Notes: generated by a model not told the origin, from the letters alone. Counted from the first letter of the stretch, positions 8,578 through 18,560 are shown. The stretch: DNA of 64,000 nt from Candidatus Zambryskibacteria bacterium RIFCSPHIGHO2_01_FULL_46_25 (GCA_001825155.1 MHVH01000005.1:70413-134412); one strand, 5' to 3'. Made by a program: numbers and translations.

Positions 8578-9720
8578 TTATACCCTTCTCACTTCCGCTT
8601 CGAATTCTTTCTCGGTGCTGGATTCGAGTTCCGCGTGGACTTTATTCACCTCGTCGTTCGTAAGCGTTTTTTCTAAGTGTCTGTAAGTGATGCGGAAGGT
8701 ATATGAAAGTTTATCCGCGCCGAATTTTTCCGCGTTCTCGTACTTATCCAGGAGTTCGACATTCTCGACCATGTCCTTACCCACTTCTCGTATGAGGTCG
8801 AAGTAGTCGTTGGGAACGAAATCTTTCGGCACGACGAAAGAAATGTCGCGCACCACCGGCGGGAATTTGGATACTTCTTTGTAAATTCGACCGAGTTTAA
8901 GTTGATTCTTAACTCGCGGGTCATCGGACCATAGTAAACGGATATCGGGCAGGTCCATAGAAATCATGGCGAAACGTTCTAACCCCGGACCGAAAGCCCA
9001 TCCGTTCCATTTTGACGAATCGACCCCGAGTTTCTCAAGAACGCTTCCTTTTACAACACCCGCGCCGCCAGTTTCAATCCACTGTCCATTTTTATCTGTT
9101 TCCATTTCGATCGATGGATCGGTGTACGGGAATTTATCCTCATTGAATCGCGTTTTTATATCCTTGCCGAAAACGGCCTTGCCGAAGCCAAGTAATGCAT
9201 TCTGGAGATCCTCCACCGTAAGCTTCTGCTTGTTTTTCGGCGCCAGGTACCAGCCGTCAATTTGATGGAAAACATTCATGTGATGCTTGTCGAGTTCATC
9301 CTTGCGATAAACTTTGCCGAATGAAAAGCAACCTACAGGCTCTCCCGCCGCCATTCGTCGTTTAATGTCTTCATTCTGGAGATAGTAGTACCACATTATC
9401 GTCGTGTGCGTACGCAGGATATGATTGTCATCAACGTAATATGTATCCGATTTCGATCTGACGGGGTGATCTGCCGGGAAGTCGAATAAATCGAATGTAA
9501 TCTCCGTAGAAACAATTTCGGGCACTTCGATTATGTCGAAACCTTTGAATTCCGTCGCGGCTAAAACTCTCTGAACTATTTCATGTATAGGGTTTCCGAC
9601 AGTCCGCGAGAGGTCTGGCATAGCCAAATAGCGCTTAATCCTCTCTGCTTCGGCGTCATGCCTCAGCTCAAGCTTCGTCTTAAGCTCCTTTTCTTCCGGT
9701 GATTCTATCTTGATATTCAT
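8578..9720 (-). CDS. pheS: Phenylalanyl-tRNA synthetase, single-chain type (alpha catalytic domain + FDX-ACB)
   Basis: FD.FDFPADHPVRS.SDTYY, LRTHTT, GKVYR, FHQIDG, FPYTDPS, AFGPGLER, then SKFPPVVRDISF...ITYRH.EKTLT.DEVN. Confidence 0.9.
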   Translation of the reverse strand: MNIKIESPEEKELKTKLELRHDAEAERIKRYLAMPDLSRTVGNPIHEIVQRVLAATEFKGFDIIEVPEIVSTEITFDLFDFPADHPVRSKSDTYYVDDNHILRTHTTIMWYYYLQNEDIKRRMAAGEPVGCFSFGKVYRKDELDKHHMNVFHQIDGWYLAPKNKQKLTVEDLQNALLGFGKAVFGKDIKTRFNEDKFPYTDPSIEMETDKNGQWIETGGAGVVKGSVLEKLGVDSSKWNGWAFGPGLERFAMISMDLPDIRLLWSDDPRVKNQLKLGRIYKEVSKFPPVVRDISFVVPKDFVPNDYFDLIREVGKDMVENVELLDKYENAEKFGADKLSYTFRITYRHLEKTLTNDEVNKVHAELESSTEKEFEAEVRRV

Positions 9721-9785
9721 AGCGGAATTATACGATAAAGCTTGAAAATGTCTAAACATCCGTCTATACTGTGAAGAACTAAGCC

Positions 9786-11033
9786 ATGCCAGACATACAG
9801 GCTATTATTCTATATTGCTCACTCTTCGTATCCTTGTTTTTCGAAGTATTTCTTCTCATCACTTATATCGAAGTGAGGGGTGAGATTAAGGAGGAGGAGA
9901 AGCGGGACTTAAGGGGTATTACGGTATTTCCAAGCACTACTATCATAGTCCCTTGCTACAACGAGGAGAAGACGGTAGCGGCTACGGTCAAATCTATTTT
10001 GAACCTCGATTATCCCAAGGATAAGCTCTCCCTAATTCTTGTTGACGACGGCTCAAGGGACGGGACTCTGGCGGCTTTGCGGAAGTTCAAAAATCATCCA
10101 CAAGTAAAAATTCTTGCGAAAGAAAATGGCGGTAAGCACACAGCCGTAAACATGGCCTTGCAATCGGTTACGACTGACCTCGTCGGCTGCCTCGACGCGG
10201 ACTCCTTCGTAACTCCGGAGGCATTGAGGAAAATTATCCCCTACTTCGATGATCTTACTACTATGGCTGTCACTCCAGCCATCAAGATTCACGAACCATT
10301 GGGTGTGCTGCAACATATTCAAAATGTCGAATACAGCTGGTCGATTTTTCTGAGGAAAATGCTCTCAATGCTCGGCGCTCTCTACGTCACTCCGGGACCG
10401 TTCTCTATTTTCCGAACAAGAGTTTTCCGTGAGCTCGGCGATTACAAGAAGGCGCATATGACCGAGGATATGGAGATGGCTATGCGCATGCAGAAGCATC
10501 ATTACAAAATCGTCAATTCCCACGGCGCCCACGTTTATACCGTGGCACCAAGGACCCTCAAGGGACTCGTCAAACAGCGTACCCGCTGGTCGTACGGTTT
10601 CCTCAACAATGCCATCGACTACAAGGCACTCTTCTTCAACAGGAAATATGGGCACTTCGGCATGTTCATTATGCCAATTGCCACCCTCTCTCTCTTCACC
10701 TCCTTTGTCATGGTTGGGCGCATTGTGTCATCGGCGGGTTCGAGTCTGCTACACAGCTACACTCGTTTCCGTGCCATTGGCTTCGCCGGAGAATTCCACC
10801 TCCCTCCTCTCGACTGGTACTTCATCAACACAGGTGTGTTACCTATAGTGGTCATAACGGCCCTTAGCCTGACTTTCATTATCCTCTTCCTGTCTATCAG
10901 GCTTGCCGAAGGGCGCTTCAGATTCTCCAAAGGTCTTTTCTACTACCTTTTTCTCTACGCTTTCATGGCCCCCCTGTGGCTTACCCAAGCCATCTTTAAC
11001 ACGGTGTTTAAGCGTAAAGTATCTTGGCGCTAA
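9786..11033 (+). CDS. GT2 processive glycosyltransferase (PgaC/IcaA-like)
   Basis: VPCYNE, DDGS, DAD, TED, QRTRW; C-terminal TMs. Confidence 0.9.
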   Translation: MPDIQAIILYCSLFVSLFFEVFLLITYIEVRGEIKEEEKRDLRGITVFPSTTIIVPCYNEEKTVAATVKSILNLDYPKDKLSLILVDDGSRDGTLAALRKFKNHPQVKILAKENGGKHTAVNMALQSVTTDLVGCLDADSFVTPEALRKIIPYFDDLTTMAVTPAIKIHEPLGVLQHIQNVEYSWSIFLRKMLSMLGALYVTPGPFSIFRTRVFRELGDYKKAHMTEDMEMAMRMQKHHYKIVNSHGAHVYTVAPRTLKGLVKQRTRWSYGFLNNAIDYKALFFNRKYGHFGMFIMPIATLSLFTSFVMVGRIVSSAGSSLLHSYTRFRAIGFAGEFHLPPLDWYFINTGVLPIVVITALSLTFIILFLSIRLAEGRFRFSKGLFYYLFLYAFMAPLWLTQAIFNTVFKRKVSWR

Positions 11034-11717
11034 ATGCTTGATTCCAGGAAATACCTTGTAGCTTTCCTCATAACTGCCGCTATCTTCGGCACGGCTGTTT
11101 TCGCAAGCAATAAACTCACGGGCAAGAAGCTTGAGGATGTCCGGGACATCGAGAGTCGAGTCGCCCTCGATATCCTCTCCTCGGAGACACAATTTGCCTT
11201 ACTTGCGGAGACGTCTTGTCGCGATATCGGACCCGGTTTTCTCTCCAAAGAACTTGGTCCTTTAGGTGAGCGCCTCTCCTATGCGGAGAATCAGACAGGC
11301 TTCGACGAGGCCGACATCGAGAGCCTCAAACGCTCTTATTTCCTCCTTGAGATTAAGGATTATCTTCTCATGAAGCGTCTTACGGAGAAGTGTAATATTA
11401 AGCCAACCTTCATTCTATACTTCTACTCTTCCGACAGAGACCGTTGCGAGGACTGCGAGAGAATGGGCTACGTGCTCACCGCCCTGCGCGACAAATACCC
11501 GGATCTCCGCGTATATTCCTTCGATTATCACAACGACCTTGGCGCCATCAAAACTCTTACTTCAATATACAAAGTTCGGGACGAACTCCCTGCTCTCATC
11601 ATCAACGGCACGCCTTATTATGGTTTCAAAACCGTTGAGGAGCTAGAGCAGAATGTTCCCGCCCTCAGGCTCCTCAAGAGCACCACAACAGCCGCAACCT
11701 CCACGCCAACAAGATAG
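11034..11717 (+). CDS. Membrane-anchored protein with thioredoxin-like CxxC domain
   Basis: N-terminal TM, CEDC, LPALIING. Confidence 0.65.
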   Translation: MLDSRKYLVAFLITAAIFGTAVFASNKLTGKKLEDVRDIESRVALDILSSETQFALLAETSCRDIGPGFLSKELGPLGERLSYAENQTGFDEADIESLKRSYFLLEIKDYLLMKRLTEKCNIKPTFILYFYSSDRDRCEDCERMGYVLTALRDKYPDLRVYSFDYHNDLGAIKTLTSIYKVRDELPALIINGTPYYGFKTVEELEQNVPALRLLKSTTTAATSTPTR

Positions 11718-11719
11718 AC

Positions 11720-12157
11720 TTACTTACCTATTATCGTTCGATTCTTGATGTATTTATCCATTCTCCATTTCCGGCCCTTTCCTCGGTTTAGATTTTTATA
11801 AAAAGGCGTGAGAGCGTGGCAATTCGGGCAGATTAATCTAAGATTCTCCTCTTTGTTGTTTTCAGAATTCCCATCCACATGATCAATCTCTAGCGGCACG
11901 ACTCCTGTGGTGGGGTGTTTCTCATTCCATCCACAAACACAGCATTTGTTGTTAAACTTTTTAACCAAGTAGATTTTTAAGTGTTTAGAAAAGTTTCTTG
12001 CGGTTATACCAATATTTCCATCTACCTCTCCTTTCTGCCAAGCACTTACCCATTTTAAATGCTGGTAATTCATTTGGCATTTAATGGAGCAAAATTTTAT
12101 GCGGTGGCGTTTTACAAGAAGAATGTTGCAACCCAAGCAAAATCTCTTTGCTTTCAT
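11720..12157 (-). CDS. HNH endonuclease
   Basis: CLGC..FCSIKC; CCVCG; EIDHVDGN..NN..NLRLICPNCH. Confidence 0.9.
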   Translation of the reverse strand: MKAKRFCLGCNILLVKRHRIKFCSIKCQMNYQHLKWVSAWQKGEVDGNIGITARNFSKHLKIYLVKKFNNKCCVCGWNEKHPTTGVVPLEIDHVDGNSENNKEENLRLICPNCHALTPFYKNLNRGKGRKWRMDKYIKNRTIIGK

Positions 12158-12221
12158 AATAAAATTATATCACTATGTGGTGGTATATGGTGGTATACTT
12201 TCTGGTTATTGGGAATACGGG

Positions 12222-12294
12222 AGCCGAGGACAGGATTTGAACCTGCGACCGGCCGATTACAAATCGGCTGCTCTACCAACTGAGCTACCTCGGC
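12222..12294 (-). tRNA. tRNA-Thr(TGT)
   Basis: GCCGAGGTAGCTCAGTTGGTAGAGCA-GCCGA-TTTGTAA-TCGGC...GGTTCAAATCC. Confidence 0.96.
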
Positions 12295-12314
12295 AATGCT
12301 AATAGTTTACCTTT

Positions 12315-12800
12315 TTATTCTGTCTCTACAAATTGCTCCACTTTTAGTTTTTTCCCTACTGGTTTTCGCACCTGTTTCGGCTTCGGTACAATTGGTGGTT
12401 CCGCTTGTATATAAATATCTTCGTTAATCTCTCCATTACCCTTCTCCACTTCCGACATTGATTTGAAAAATTCCGATATCCCGTCCTGCTTTTTGAGCAA
12501 GTGCGAGTCGCGAAGGCGCTCAAGGTGTTTCTGCATGTTCTCTTCAAATCGCGCCAGCGTTTTATTGACAGAGCTTTTTGAATATCTCGGCAACTGCTTC
12601 ATGACGAAGAAGTGAGCTCTCTCTTTGCCGAGGGAGTAAAGTCGCACCGCTTCGTGATGGAGCTCGCGGCTTCGCTCTTCGCCCCTAGAAATCCATTTGA
12701 GAAGAAAAATGTTCGACTTCCTTCTCTCCTCCATGCGCTTAGTAAGCATAAGTATTACCAACACAAGACCTGAAATGAAGAAGATGTATGGAAGGACCAT
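12315..12800 (-). CDS. Hypothetical protein with N-terminal TM
   Basis: 161-aa ORF downstream of tsf. Confidence 0.7.
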   Translation of the reverse strand: MVLPYIFFISGLVLVILMLTKRMEERRKSNIFLLKWISRGEERSRELHHEAVRLYSLGKERAHFFVMKQLPRYSKSSVNKTLARFEENMQKHLERLRDSHLLKKQDGISEFFKSMSEVEKGNGEINEDIYIQAEPPIVPKPKQVRKPVGKKLKVEQFVETE

Positions 12801-12806
12801 AGTGAT

Positions 12807-13262
12807 CTATTTTACCGAATATCGAGCAAATCTGCCCAACTCCGTGCGTTCTCCGAACTTTTGTACCGTACCATTCACGAGGTCCGCGATAGTTCTTGAA
12901 GAGTCTTTGATAAAAGGCTGTAGGAGTAACTCCTCGCTCGTATCCGGATTCATGGCTGCTATGTGCATGGCAATATCCTTGGCTACCGCCTTGAATTCCG
13001 GATTCTTTGCCACAAAATCTGTTTCGCACATAAGCTCGAGAATGACGCCAACCGTGTCTCCGGCGTGAATATAGGCGGCGACGCAGCCTGCTCCGAGGTT
13101 CCTATCCCCTTTCTTCAAAGCGATACCGGAAGCATTCTTCTTTAAAATTTCAATGGCCTTAGTTTTATCACCATCGGCTTCTTCGAGCGCGAAGCGGCAC
13201 TGCGCTATGGAGAGTCCGGTCTCTTCTCTAAGCTGTTTGATTTGTTCCGTTGTTACTGTCAT
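12807..13262 (-). CDS. tsf: Elongation factor Ts (compact)
   Basis: IKQLREETG, ELMCETDFVAKN, IAMHIAAMNP; follows rpsB. Confidence 0.93.
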   Translation of the reverse strand: MTVTTEQIKQLREETGLSIAQCRFALEEADGDKTKAIEILKKNASGIALKKGDRNLGAGCVAAYIHAGDTVGVILELMCETDFVAKNPEFKAVAKDIAMHIAAMNPDTSEELLLQPFIKDSSRTIADLVNGTVQKFGERTELGRFARYSVK

Positions 13263-13983
13263 TTTGTTCTTTTTGTTCTTTGCCTTTATTGTAAGATTTT
13301 ACCATTTCATTCAATACGTACGCGATGCTCTGCCTCGATGCATCGTTGCCCGGTATGGCGTAGTCCAGTTCAAAGAGATTGGTATCGGAGCCGGCCAGAC
13401 CGACGACGGGCACGCGGATTTTCTTCGCTTCCGCCACGGCGATATTTTCTTTCTTCGGGTCTATGACAATAAGGAATTTCGGCAGTGATTTCAGGTTTGA
13501 AAGTCCGGCGAAGTAGAGTTCGAGCTTGGCGATTTCTCGGTCGATGAGCAGGCGCTCCTTCTTGGTATATTTGGAAAGTTCGCCCTTCTCTCTTTGCGAA
13601 GTTAATTCTTCGAGTCTAGCGATACGCTTCTTGATTTCCGGGAAGTTGGTAAGGGTACCGCCAATCCAGCGACCGGCTACATACGGCATTTCGAGTTCTC
13701 GGCCAGCCTTCTCTATGGCCTCGCGAGCCTCAGATTTGCCGCCCACAAAGAGGCCCATGGCGCCGAGCTTCCCCTGGCTTTCGACGAAAGAGAGTGCTTT
13801 CGCAAGTTCTTTAGAAGTCTTCTCAAGGTCGAAAATCTCTATATTACTCTTGGCGCCGAAGATGAAAGGTTTGGCCGAAGGGTGTCGGCGAGCCTTAACG
13901 AAGCCGAAGTGCGCTCCAACGGAAAAAAGAGCGTCCACAACGCTTTTTGTTCCCGTGTCTTTATCCGAATTTTTAACAATCAT
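13228..13983 (-). CDS. rpsB: 30S ribosomal protein S2
   Basis: GAHFG, RWIGGTLTN, AVAEA, IPGND. Confidence 0.96.
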   Translation of the reverse strand: MIVKNSDKDTGTKSVVDALFSVGAHFGFVKARRHPSAKPFIFGAKSNIEIFDLEKTSKELAKALSFVESQGKLGAMGLFVGGKSEAREAIEKAGRELEMPYVAGRWIGGTLTNFPEIKKRIARLEELTSQREKGELSKYTKKERLLIDREIAKLELYFAGLSNLKSLPKFLIVIDPKKENIAVAEAKKIRVPVVGLAGSDTNLFELDYAIPGNDASRQSIAYVLNEMVKSYNKGKEQKEQNDSNNGTNQTA

Positions 13984-14004
13984 CAGAGCGATACTTTAAC
14001 AAAT

Positions 14005-14877
14005 TTAGTCCACGGAGGCAAATTCCCGGAGTATGGGCTCCATTTCCCCCTTCATTATTTTCTCTATATTGTGCCAGCTTTTCTTGATGCGGTGGTCGGT
14101 GATGCGGTCTTGGAGAATGTTGTAGGTGCGGATTTTTTCCGAGCGGTCCGCGGTGCCTATCTGACTTTTCCTGTTCGCGGAGTACTTGGCCGCCTCCTCC
14201 TCTTCCTTGAGCCGTTCAAGTTTGGCGGTAAGGATGGTCATGGCTCTTTCCCTGTTCTTAAGCTGGCTTCTCTCCGCGGTAGAGCGCACGTCTATGCCCG
14301 TCGGTTTATGGATAATGCGCACGGCGGTTTCCACTTTGTTCACATTTTGCCCGCCGGCGCCGCCTGAGCGGGATGTTTCTATCTCGAGGTCTGTTGGTTT
14401 TATTTCAACAGTGGTTTTCTTCCTCACCGGCAAGATAGCAACGGAAGCGGTTGAAGTATGGACCCGGCCCATCTTCTCGGTATTCGGCACTCGCTGGACG
14501 CGATGCACGCCGGTCTCGAATCGGAGCTTCTTGTAAACATCCTTGCCGCGAATCTCAAACGCCGCTTCCTTGTAGCCACCCAAAGGGCTTTCGGATGTAT
14601 ACAGAGGCGACACGCCCCATTTTTGGAATCCGGCATACAAGGTATACATTTCGGCGAGTTCCTGAGCGAAGAGAGCCGCCTCTTCTCCTCCGGCGCCCGC
14701 CCGAACCTCGAGGATTACTTCGTTCGGAAACGTTTCGTCGGAGCTTTCCGGTACGGCAAGAAGAATCCTATCCATCTCGGAGAGAATGAGCTGTTTCGAT
14801 TCTTCGTCCTGCAATTCCAAATACGTCTTTGCCATGTAGGCTGTCTTTGGGTTACTTTTATATTTTTCGATATCCAT
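14005..14877 (-). CDS. prfA: Peptide chain release factor 1 (short N-terminus)
   Basis: [24 protein letters not shown] (PxT), [21 protein letters not shown]. Confidence 0.93.
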   Translation of the reverse strand: MDIEKYKSNPKTAYMAKTYLELQDEESKQLILSEMDRILLAVPESSDETFPNEVILEVRAGAGGEEAALFAQELAEMYTLYAGFQKWGVSPLYTSESPLGGYKEAAFEIRGKDVYKKLRFETGVHRVQRVPNTEKMGRVHTSTASVAILPVRKKTTVEIKPTDLEIETSRSGGAGGQNVNKVETAVRIIHKPTGIDVRSTAERSQLKNRERAMTILTAKLERLKEEEEAAKYSANRKSQIGTADRSEKIRTYNILQDRITDHRIKKSWHNIEKIMKGEMEPILREFASVD

Positions 14878-14882
14878 AGAGT

Positions 14883-14945
14883 TAAATCCTAAGAACCAAA
14901 TCCTAAATCCTAAAAATAGGATTTAGATATTAGGATTTGGAATTT
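14883..14945. repeat. Inverted short-repeat element (AAATCCTA x3 / TAGGATTT x2)
   Basis: Units at 14884, 14898, 14905 and inverse units at 14917, 14931. Confidence 0.75.
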
Positions 14946-14959
14946 GCAAAAAGCTGTAG

Positions 14960-15223
14960 TTACTTCTTGCTTTTTGCCTTTGCTTGTCTAAGCTTGAAGC
15001 GTTCTACGCGACCGGCGGTGTCGAGAACCTTGTCCTGTCCGGTGTAGAAAGGATGCGTGGCGGAAGAGATTTCCACGCGGAAGACCGGATACTCTTTCTT
15101 ATCCGCTTTGGACTTGCCCGTCTCGGTGGTCTTCACCGTCGAAGGAATGATAAATTCCGTCCCATCGGAGTTGTCTATGAAAAGCACGGGGCGATAATTG
15201 TCCGGGTGTATCTCCTTTTTCAT
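14960..15223 (-). CDS. rpmE2: 50S ribosomal protein L31 type B
   Basis: [28 protein letters not shown]; no Zn-binding Cys. Confidence 0.95.
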   Translation of the reverse strand: MKKEIHPDNYRPVLFIDNSDGTEFIIPSTVKTTETGKSKADKKEYPVFRVEISSATHPFYTGQDKVLDTAGRVERFKLRQAKAKSKK

Positions 15224-15227
15224 GATG

Positions 15228-15670
15228 CGAATTGTTACGAATTTGATCGAATGACGCGAATAGGTTTCAGGTATTTATTTCGAAAATTGGCGATAATGCC
15301 AAGTTTTAGTTTCCCGGCTACCAAGTACCTTTGAGTCTGGATATAATCCAACTTACTTATCAAAGGCTTTGCTTTCAGCTCGATCAACAACTGGTTATTT
15401 ATAACAAAATCCGCCTTATTTGTAAAGCGATTGTCGATATTCTCTAGTGGTAGCGGACTTTCACGCTTGTATGAAATATCTGACTCTATGAGTAATTGTT
15501 CCAGAGCTTCGGCATATTGTTTCTCTTTACAATAGCGTCCAAGAGAATTGTGAATCTCAAAAAGCAAGCCAGTTATTTTATACGAAAGCTCCGGATAAAT
15601 AACTTTCTCGGATACTTTTACATTAGATGCCATTTCATTCGTATCATTCGATCATATTCGCCAATATTCG
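15228..15670. mobile_element. GxxExxY cassette enclosed by 4x CGAAT / 4x ATTCG repeats
   Basis: CGAAT at 15228/38/48/57; ATTCG at 15637/46/56/66; mobility is inferred. Confidence 0.55.
15235..15633 (-). CDS. GxxExxY protein (PD-(D/E)xK-like)
   Basis: [33 protein letters not shown]. Confidence 0.9.
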   Translation of the reverse strand: MASNVKVSEKVIYPELSYKITGLLFEIHNSLGRYCKEKQYAEALEQLLIESDISYKRESPLPLENIDNRFTNKADFVINNQLLIELKAKPLISKLDYIQTQRYLVAGKLKLGIIANFRNKYLKPIRVIRSNS

Positions 15671-15672
15671 TG

Positions 15673-17076
15673 TTACAGATTCTGCAACGGGTCGATCTTG
15701 TCTCTTTGAATACTCTCGGCTATGGACATGACATTTACTCCATAACTTAAACCAGGACCGGCTTTGCCGTTGACATAGCAAGTTCGGCCAGAATTATATT
15801 TGCACGCGGCCGTGCGTTCATTGGTCCAATCTTGAGTGCCCGCCCCCAATTCGCTCAGATAAAGTGCCATGGCGGTAATCGCGTGCTCCGGGTTCCAAGG
15901 GTCCGGAGTTCGTATGTTCAGCGCGTTAGAAATTCTGGATTTAAACAATTCCCAAGTCGTTGGTATGAATTGCGCCGGACCCATAGCACCACCCCATCCG
16001 GCTACTTGAGGGCAAGAAAGAGGTACTCCTTCTGGGCTTGAATACCTGTCAATCTCACTTATGATTCTAACAAAGGCAGATTGGTCATCGCGATACGAGC
16101 ATGGACTATTCGGACCGTTACAAGTTTTACCGTTCTTAAGATAATTGCTGTAGTGAAGAGGTCCAGGCATGATATCTTGCCATTTTTTAACATCTTGCGG
16201 TCTATTACATCTCCCCACATTTGCGCCAAGTTTAGATTCATATTGTAGAATAGCCAGTATGAAAGCTGGTCTGACTCCTGTTTTTGCGCTGGCGATTTCG
16301 GCGTATTTGAGAGCATCACCGAATTCAATAGGCCTGATGTCGAGAAGTTGAAAGAGTTCCGCCCTGATCTTTGCGGCTTTGACTTGCCTATCGGTAACGA
16401 CCTGCTCGTAAGTTTTCTTGTTAGCATCATTGATAGCCAAAAGAGTTTTTTTCTCCGCATTGACTACCTCCACCTCCTTTTTGGCCGCCTCCATAGCGGC
16501 TTTGGCGGCCGCTTCCGCTTCGCGCTTCTTGGCTAAAGCGGCTTTCTCGGATTCGGTGAGCTTCTTTACCGTGCGGAGCTCGGCGAAGAGTTCCGAGAGA
16601 GCATCTTCGGTCGAAGCGTAAGTATCCATGTCAACGAAAAATTCCGAGAGATTTTTATCCGAAAGCACGGCTTCGACAAGCGAATAAGAATTGATGTCAT
16701 TGGTCTTTCTCAAAATATCGGCAATAGCGGCGCGGCCACGGCCGATGCGAGTGTCGAGCACGTTAATCTGGGACTGTTTGACAGCGATATCTTTTGTTAA
16801 AAGAGTAATTTGATTGTTCTTGCTTCTAATGTTGGCTTGTGCGGTATTAATTTTGGCTGTCAAAAATGCGATATCACTGGCAAAACCGGCTCCCAAACCC
16901 CTTAATCTATCCACCTCCTTCTGAGCCTCACTTGCTTCTTGTACTAATTTATCGAGTTCGGCGCACGCCACTGGCTCGCGTGCTCGCACATCGTTCGGAC
17001 AAGTTGCTGACTGCGCCGAGACAATGGTCGGCGACAACGATAAAACAAATATTAAATATGAGAGGAACTTGTGCAT
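15673..17076 (-). CDS. Secreted coiled-coil lytic transglycosylase
   Basis: Signal peptide, long coiled coil, AILQYES, GAMGPAQFIPTTW. Confidence 0.85.
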   Translation of the reverse strand: MHKFLSYLIFVLSLSPTIVSAQSATCPNDVRAREPVACAELDKLVQEASEAQKEVDRLRGLGAGFASDIAFLTAKINTAQANIRSKNNQITLLTKDIAVKQSQINVLDTRIGRGRAAIADILRKTNDINSYSLVEAVLSDKNLSEFFVDMDTYASTEDALSELFAELRTVKKLTESEKAALAKKREAEAAAKAAMEAAKKEVEVVNAEKKTLLAINDANKKTYEQVVTDRQVKAAKIRAELFQLLDIRPIEFGDALKYAEIASAKTGVRPAFILAILQYESKLGANVGRCNRPQDVKKWQDIMPGPLHYSNYLKNGKTCNGPNSPCSYRDDQSAFVRIISEIDRYSSPEGVPLSCPQVAGWGGAMGPAQFIPTTWELFKSRISNALNIRTPDPWNPEHAITAMALYLSELGAGTQDWTNERTAACKYNSGRTCYVNGKAGPGLSYGVNVMSIAESIQRDKIDPLQNL

Positions 17077-17087
17077 GAGAGATAAAC

Positions 17088-17768
17088 TTATTCGGTTTTC
17101 TTCTCGTTCTTTTCTGCGGGAGTAGCTTCGACCTCTGGCGTTTCGCCTTCAGTTTCTTCCTTACCCTTCTTCTCCACCTCGATGCTTGAGAGATCAATAG
17201 GCGCGACTTCCTCCTCCTTCTCTTCTCTAGGAGCGGAGACCGTGATAATCACCTCTTCCGGATTAATTTTGAGCTCGACGCCGTTTGGCAGAGTAATATC
17301 TTTTGCCAGAATCTGGTCGCCGAAATTGGCGAGACCCGATACGTCAACGGTAATATTGTGAGGCAAGTTTTTGGGCATAGACTCGACCTCCAATTCGTGA
17401 AGAACCTGGACTAGGATGCCGCCCAAGTCCTTGACCGCTGGGCTTACACCCGTAAGTTCGATAGGTAGAGCAACCTCAACTTTGTGACCCTTCTCGAACA
17501 CGTAGAAGTCGGCGTGCCTGGGCGCGCCGCTTACGGGGTCAATGTCCACATCTTTAATTAAGCTTTCTTTATTTCCGTCGGGAGTGTCGAGCGTTACCAC
17601 GCTTGATTCGCCTGCCTCCTTCCAAACCTTGAGAAAGTCGATTTTCGGGATGGAAATGGAGGTGGATGCTTCCTTCTTGCCATAAAAGACTGCGGGAATT
17701 TGTCCCGCCTTTCTGATTTCCTCCGGTTTGGTATCGGTATTCCGTATATGTGCCTTCAAAGTAAGCAT
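17088..17768 (-). CDS. rplY: 50S ribosomal protein L25/Ctc
   Basis: R..GQIPAVFYG, HADF, PKNLP, acidic tail. Confidence 0.94.
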   Translation of the reverse strand: MLTLKAHIRNTDTKPEEIRKAGQIPAVFYGKKEASTSISIPKIDFLKVWKEAGESSVVTLDTPDGNKESLIKDVDIDPVSGAPRHADFYVFEKGHKVEVALPIELTGVSPAVKDLGGILVQVLHELEVESMPKNLPHNITVDVSGLANFGDQILAKDITLPNGVELKINPEEVIITVSAPREEKEEEVAPIDLSSIEVEKKGKEETEGETPEVEATPAEKNEKKTE

Positions 17769-17794
17769 AAACAAGATTCTAGCAGATTTTAAGC

Positions 17795-17830
17795 AAAAGA
17801 AAAGGGCAGGCCGGTAGCGGTCTGCCCTTT
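17795..17830 (-). terminator. Intrinsic terminator
   Basis: AAAGGGCAGGCCG/CGGTCTGCCCTTT stem with A-run on plus. Confidence 0.8.
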
Positions 17831-17852
17831 GGGGGTGGGTGATGAAGATGAC

Positions 17853-18131
17853 CTAGACGAGAACGTTCCTGCGGTGGAAGACAGGTCCGCGCTGGTGGCG
17901 ACGGATGGCGTAGCCATCCATGGAGACGGCGACCACCTTGGCCACGAGCTTGTGGCCAGACCTGGTGGTGAATCGCACCTTGTCGCCAATCCCCGCAACG
18001 GCGGGTGCCGGCGTCAGAGTGACGGTGGGTTCGCTCGCGTAGTTGGCCACCGTCCTGGTCGCGAAGTAGCTCATGGCGACGCTGCCGACGATGATCATCC
18101 CGATGACCACGACGAAAAACATGAACTCCAT
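17853..18131 (-). CDS. Small membrane protein with SH3/KOW-like domain, self-contained unit
   Basis: GAGGAGG RBS; TM; GIGDKVRFTTRSG..VAKVV; promoter TTGACA-17-TAGGAT at 18170-18198. Confidence 0.75.
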   Translation of the reverse strand: MEFMFFVVVIGMIIVGSVAMSYFATRTVANYASEPTVTLTPAPAVAGIGDKVRFTTRSGHKLVAKVVAVSMDGYAIRRHQRGPVFHRRNVLV

Positions 18132-18205
18132 AAATCCTCCTCGAACAGCGACTGCTGTTCTCTGTTTTTATCCTAGCATACTATATATATCTTGTCAAGC
18201 ATATG

Positions 18206-18233
18206 AAAAGGGGCGAACCTTTCGGCCGCCCCT
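18206..18233 (-). terminator. Intrinsic terminator
   Basis: AGGGGCG...CGCCCCT stem with T-run on minus. Confidence 0.7.
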
Positions 18234-18356
18234 GTAGCGCACGTGTTGCCCCCTTTAGGGCATTAAGTCATATTCGCATAAATTCTCCGGTTGGCACCTC
18301 GGCATGTTGCCCTGCCTCAGCGGGTGCCCCGCTCAAAAAGTTGATGTGGCGGCGGG

Positions 18357-18560
18357 TCACCACTTATTGTGACCGCCGTCCTGCTGGTCGAGACTGGGGA
18401 GGCGCGGAACCTGTCCGCAACCGCCACGCCCGACCATCGCGTCGAAGAGCTCATCGAAGCTCCCCCGCACGCGACCCTCGTCCTGGGCTCGCGTGAGACG
18501 ACCGATGAACATGTCGTCTTCACTACCAAGAACACGTTTCCGAGAAACTGATCGTACCAT
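18357..18560 (-). CDS. Small hypothetical protein (67 aa) or part of an ncRNA
   Basis: GAGGTG RBS, promoter TTGACA-17-TAAGAT at 18581-18609; structured 3' region. Confidence 0.45.
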   Translation of the reverse strand: MVRSVSRKRVLGSEDDMFIGRLTRAQDEGRVRGSFDELFDAMVGRGGCGQVPRLPSLDQQDGGHNKW

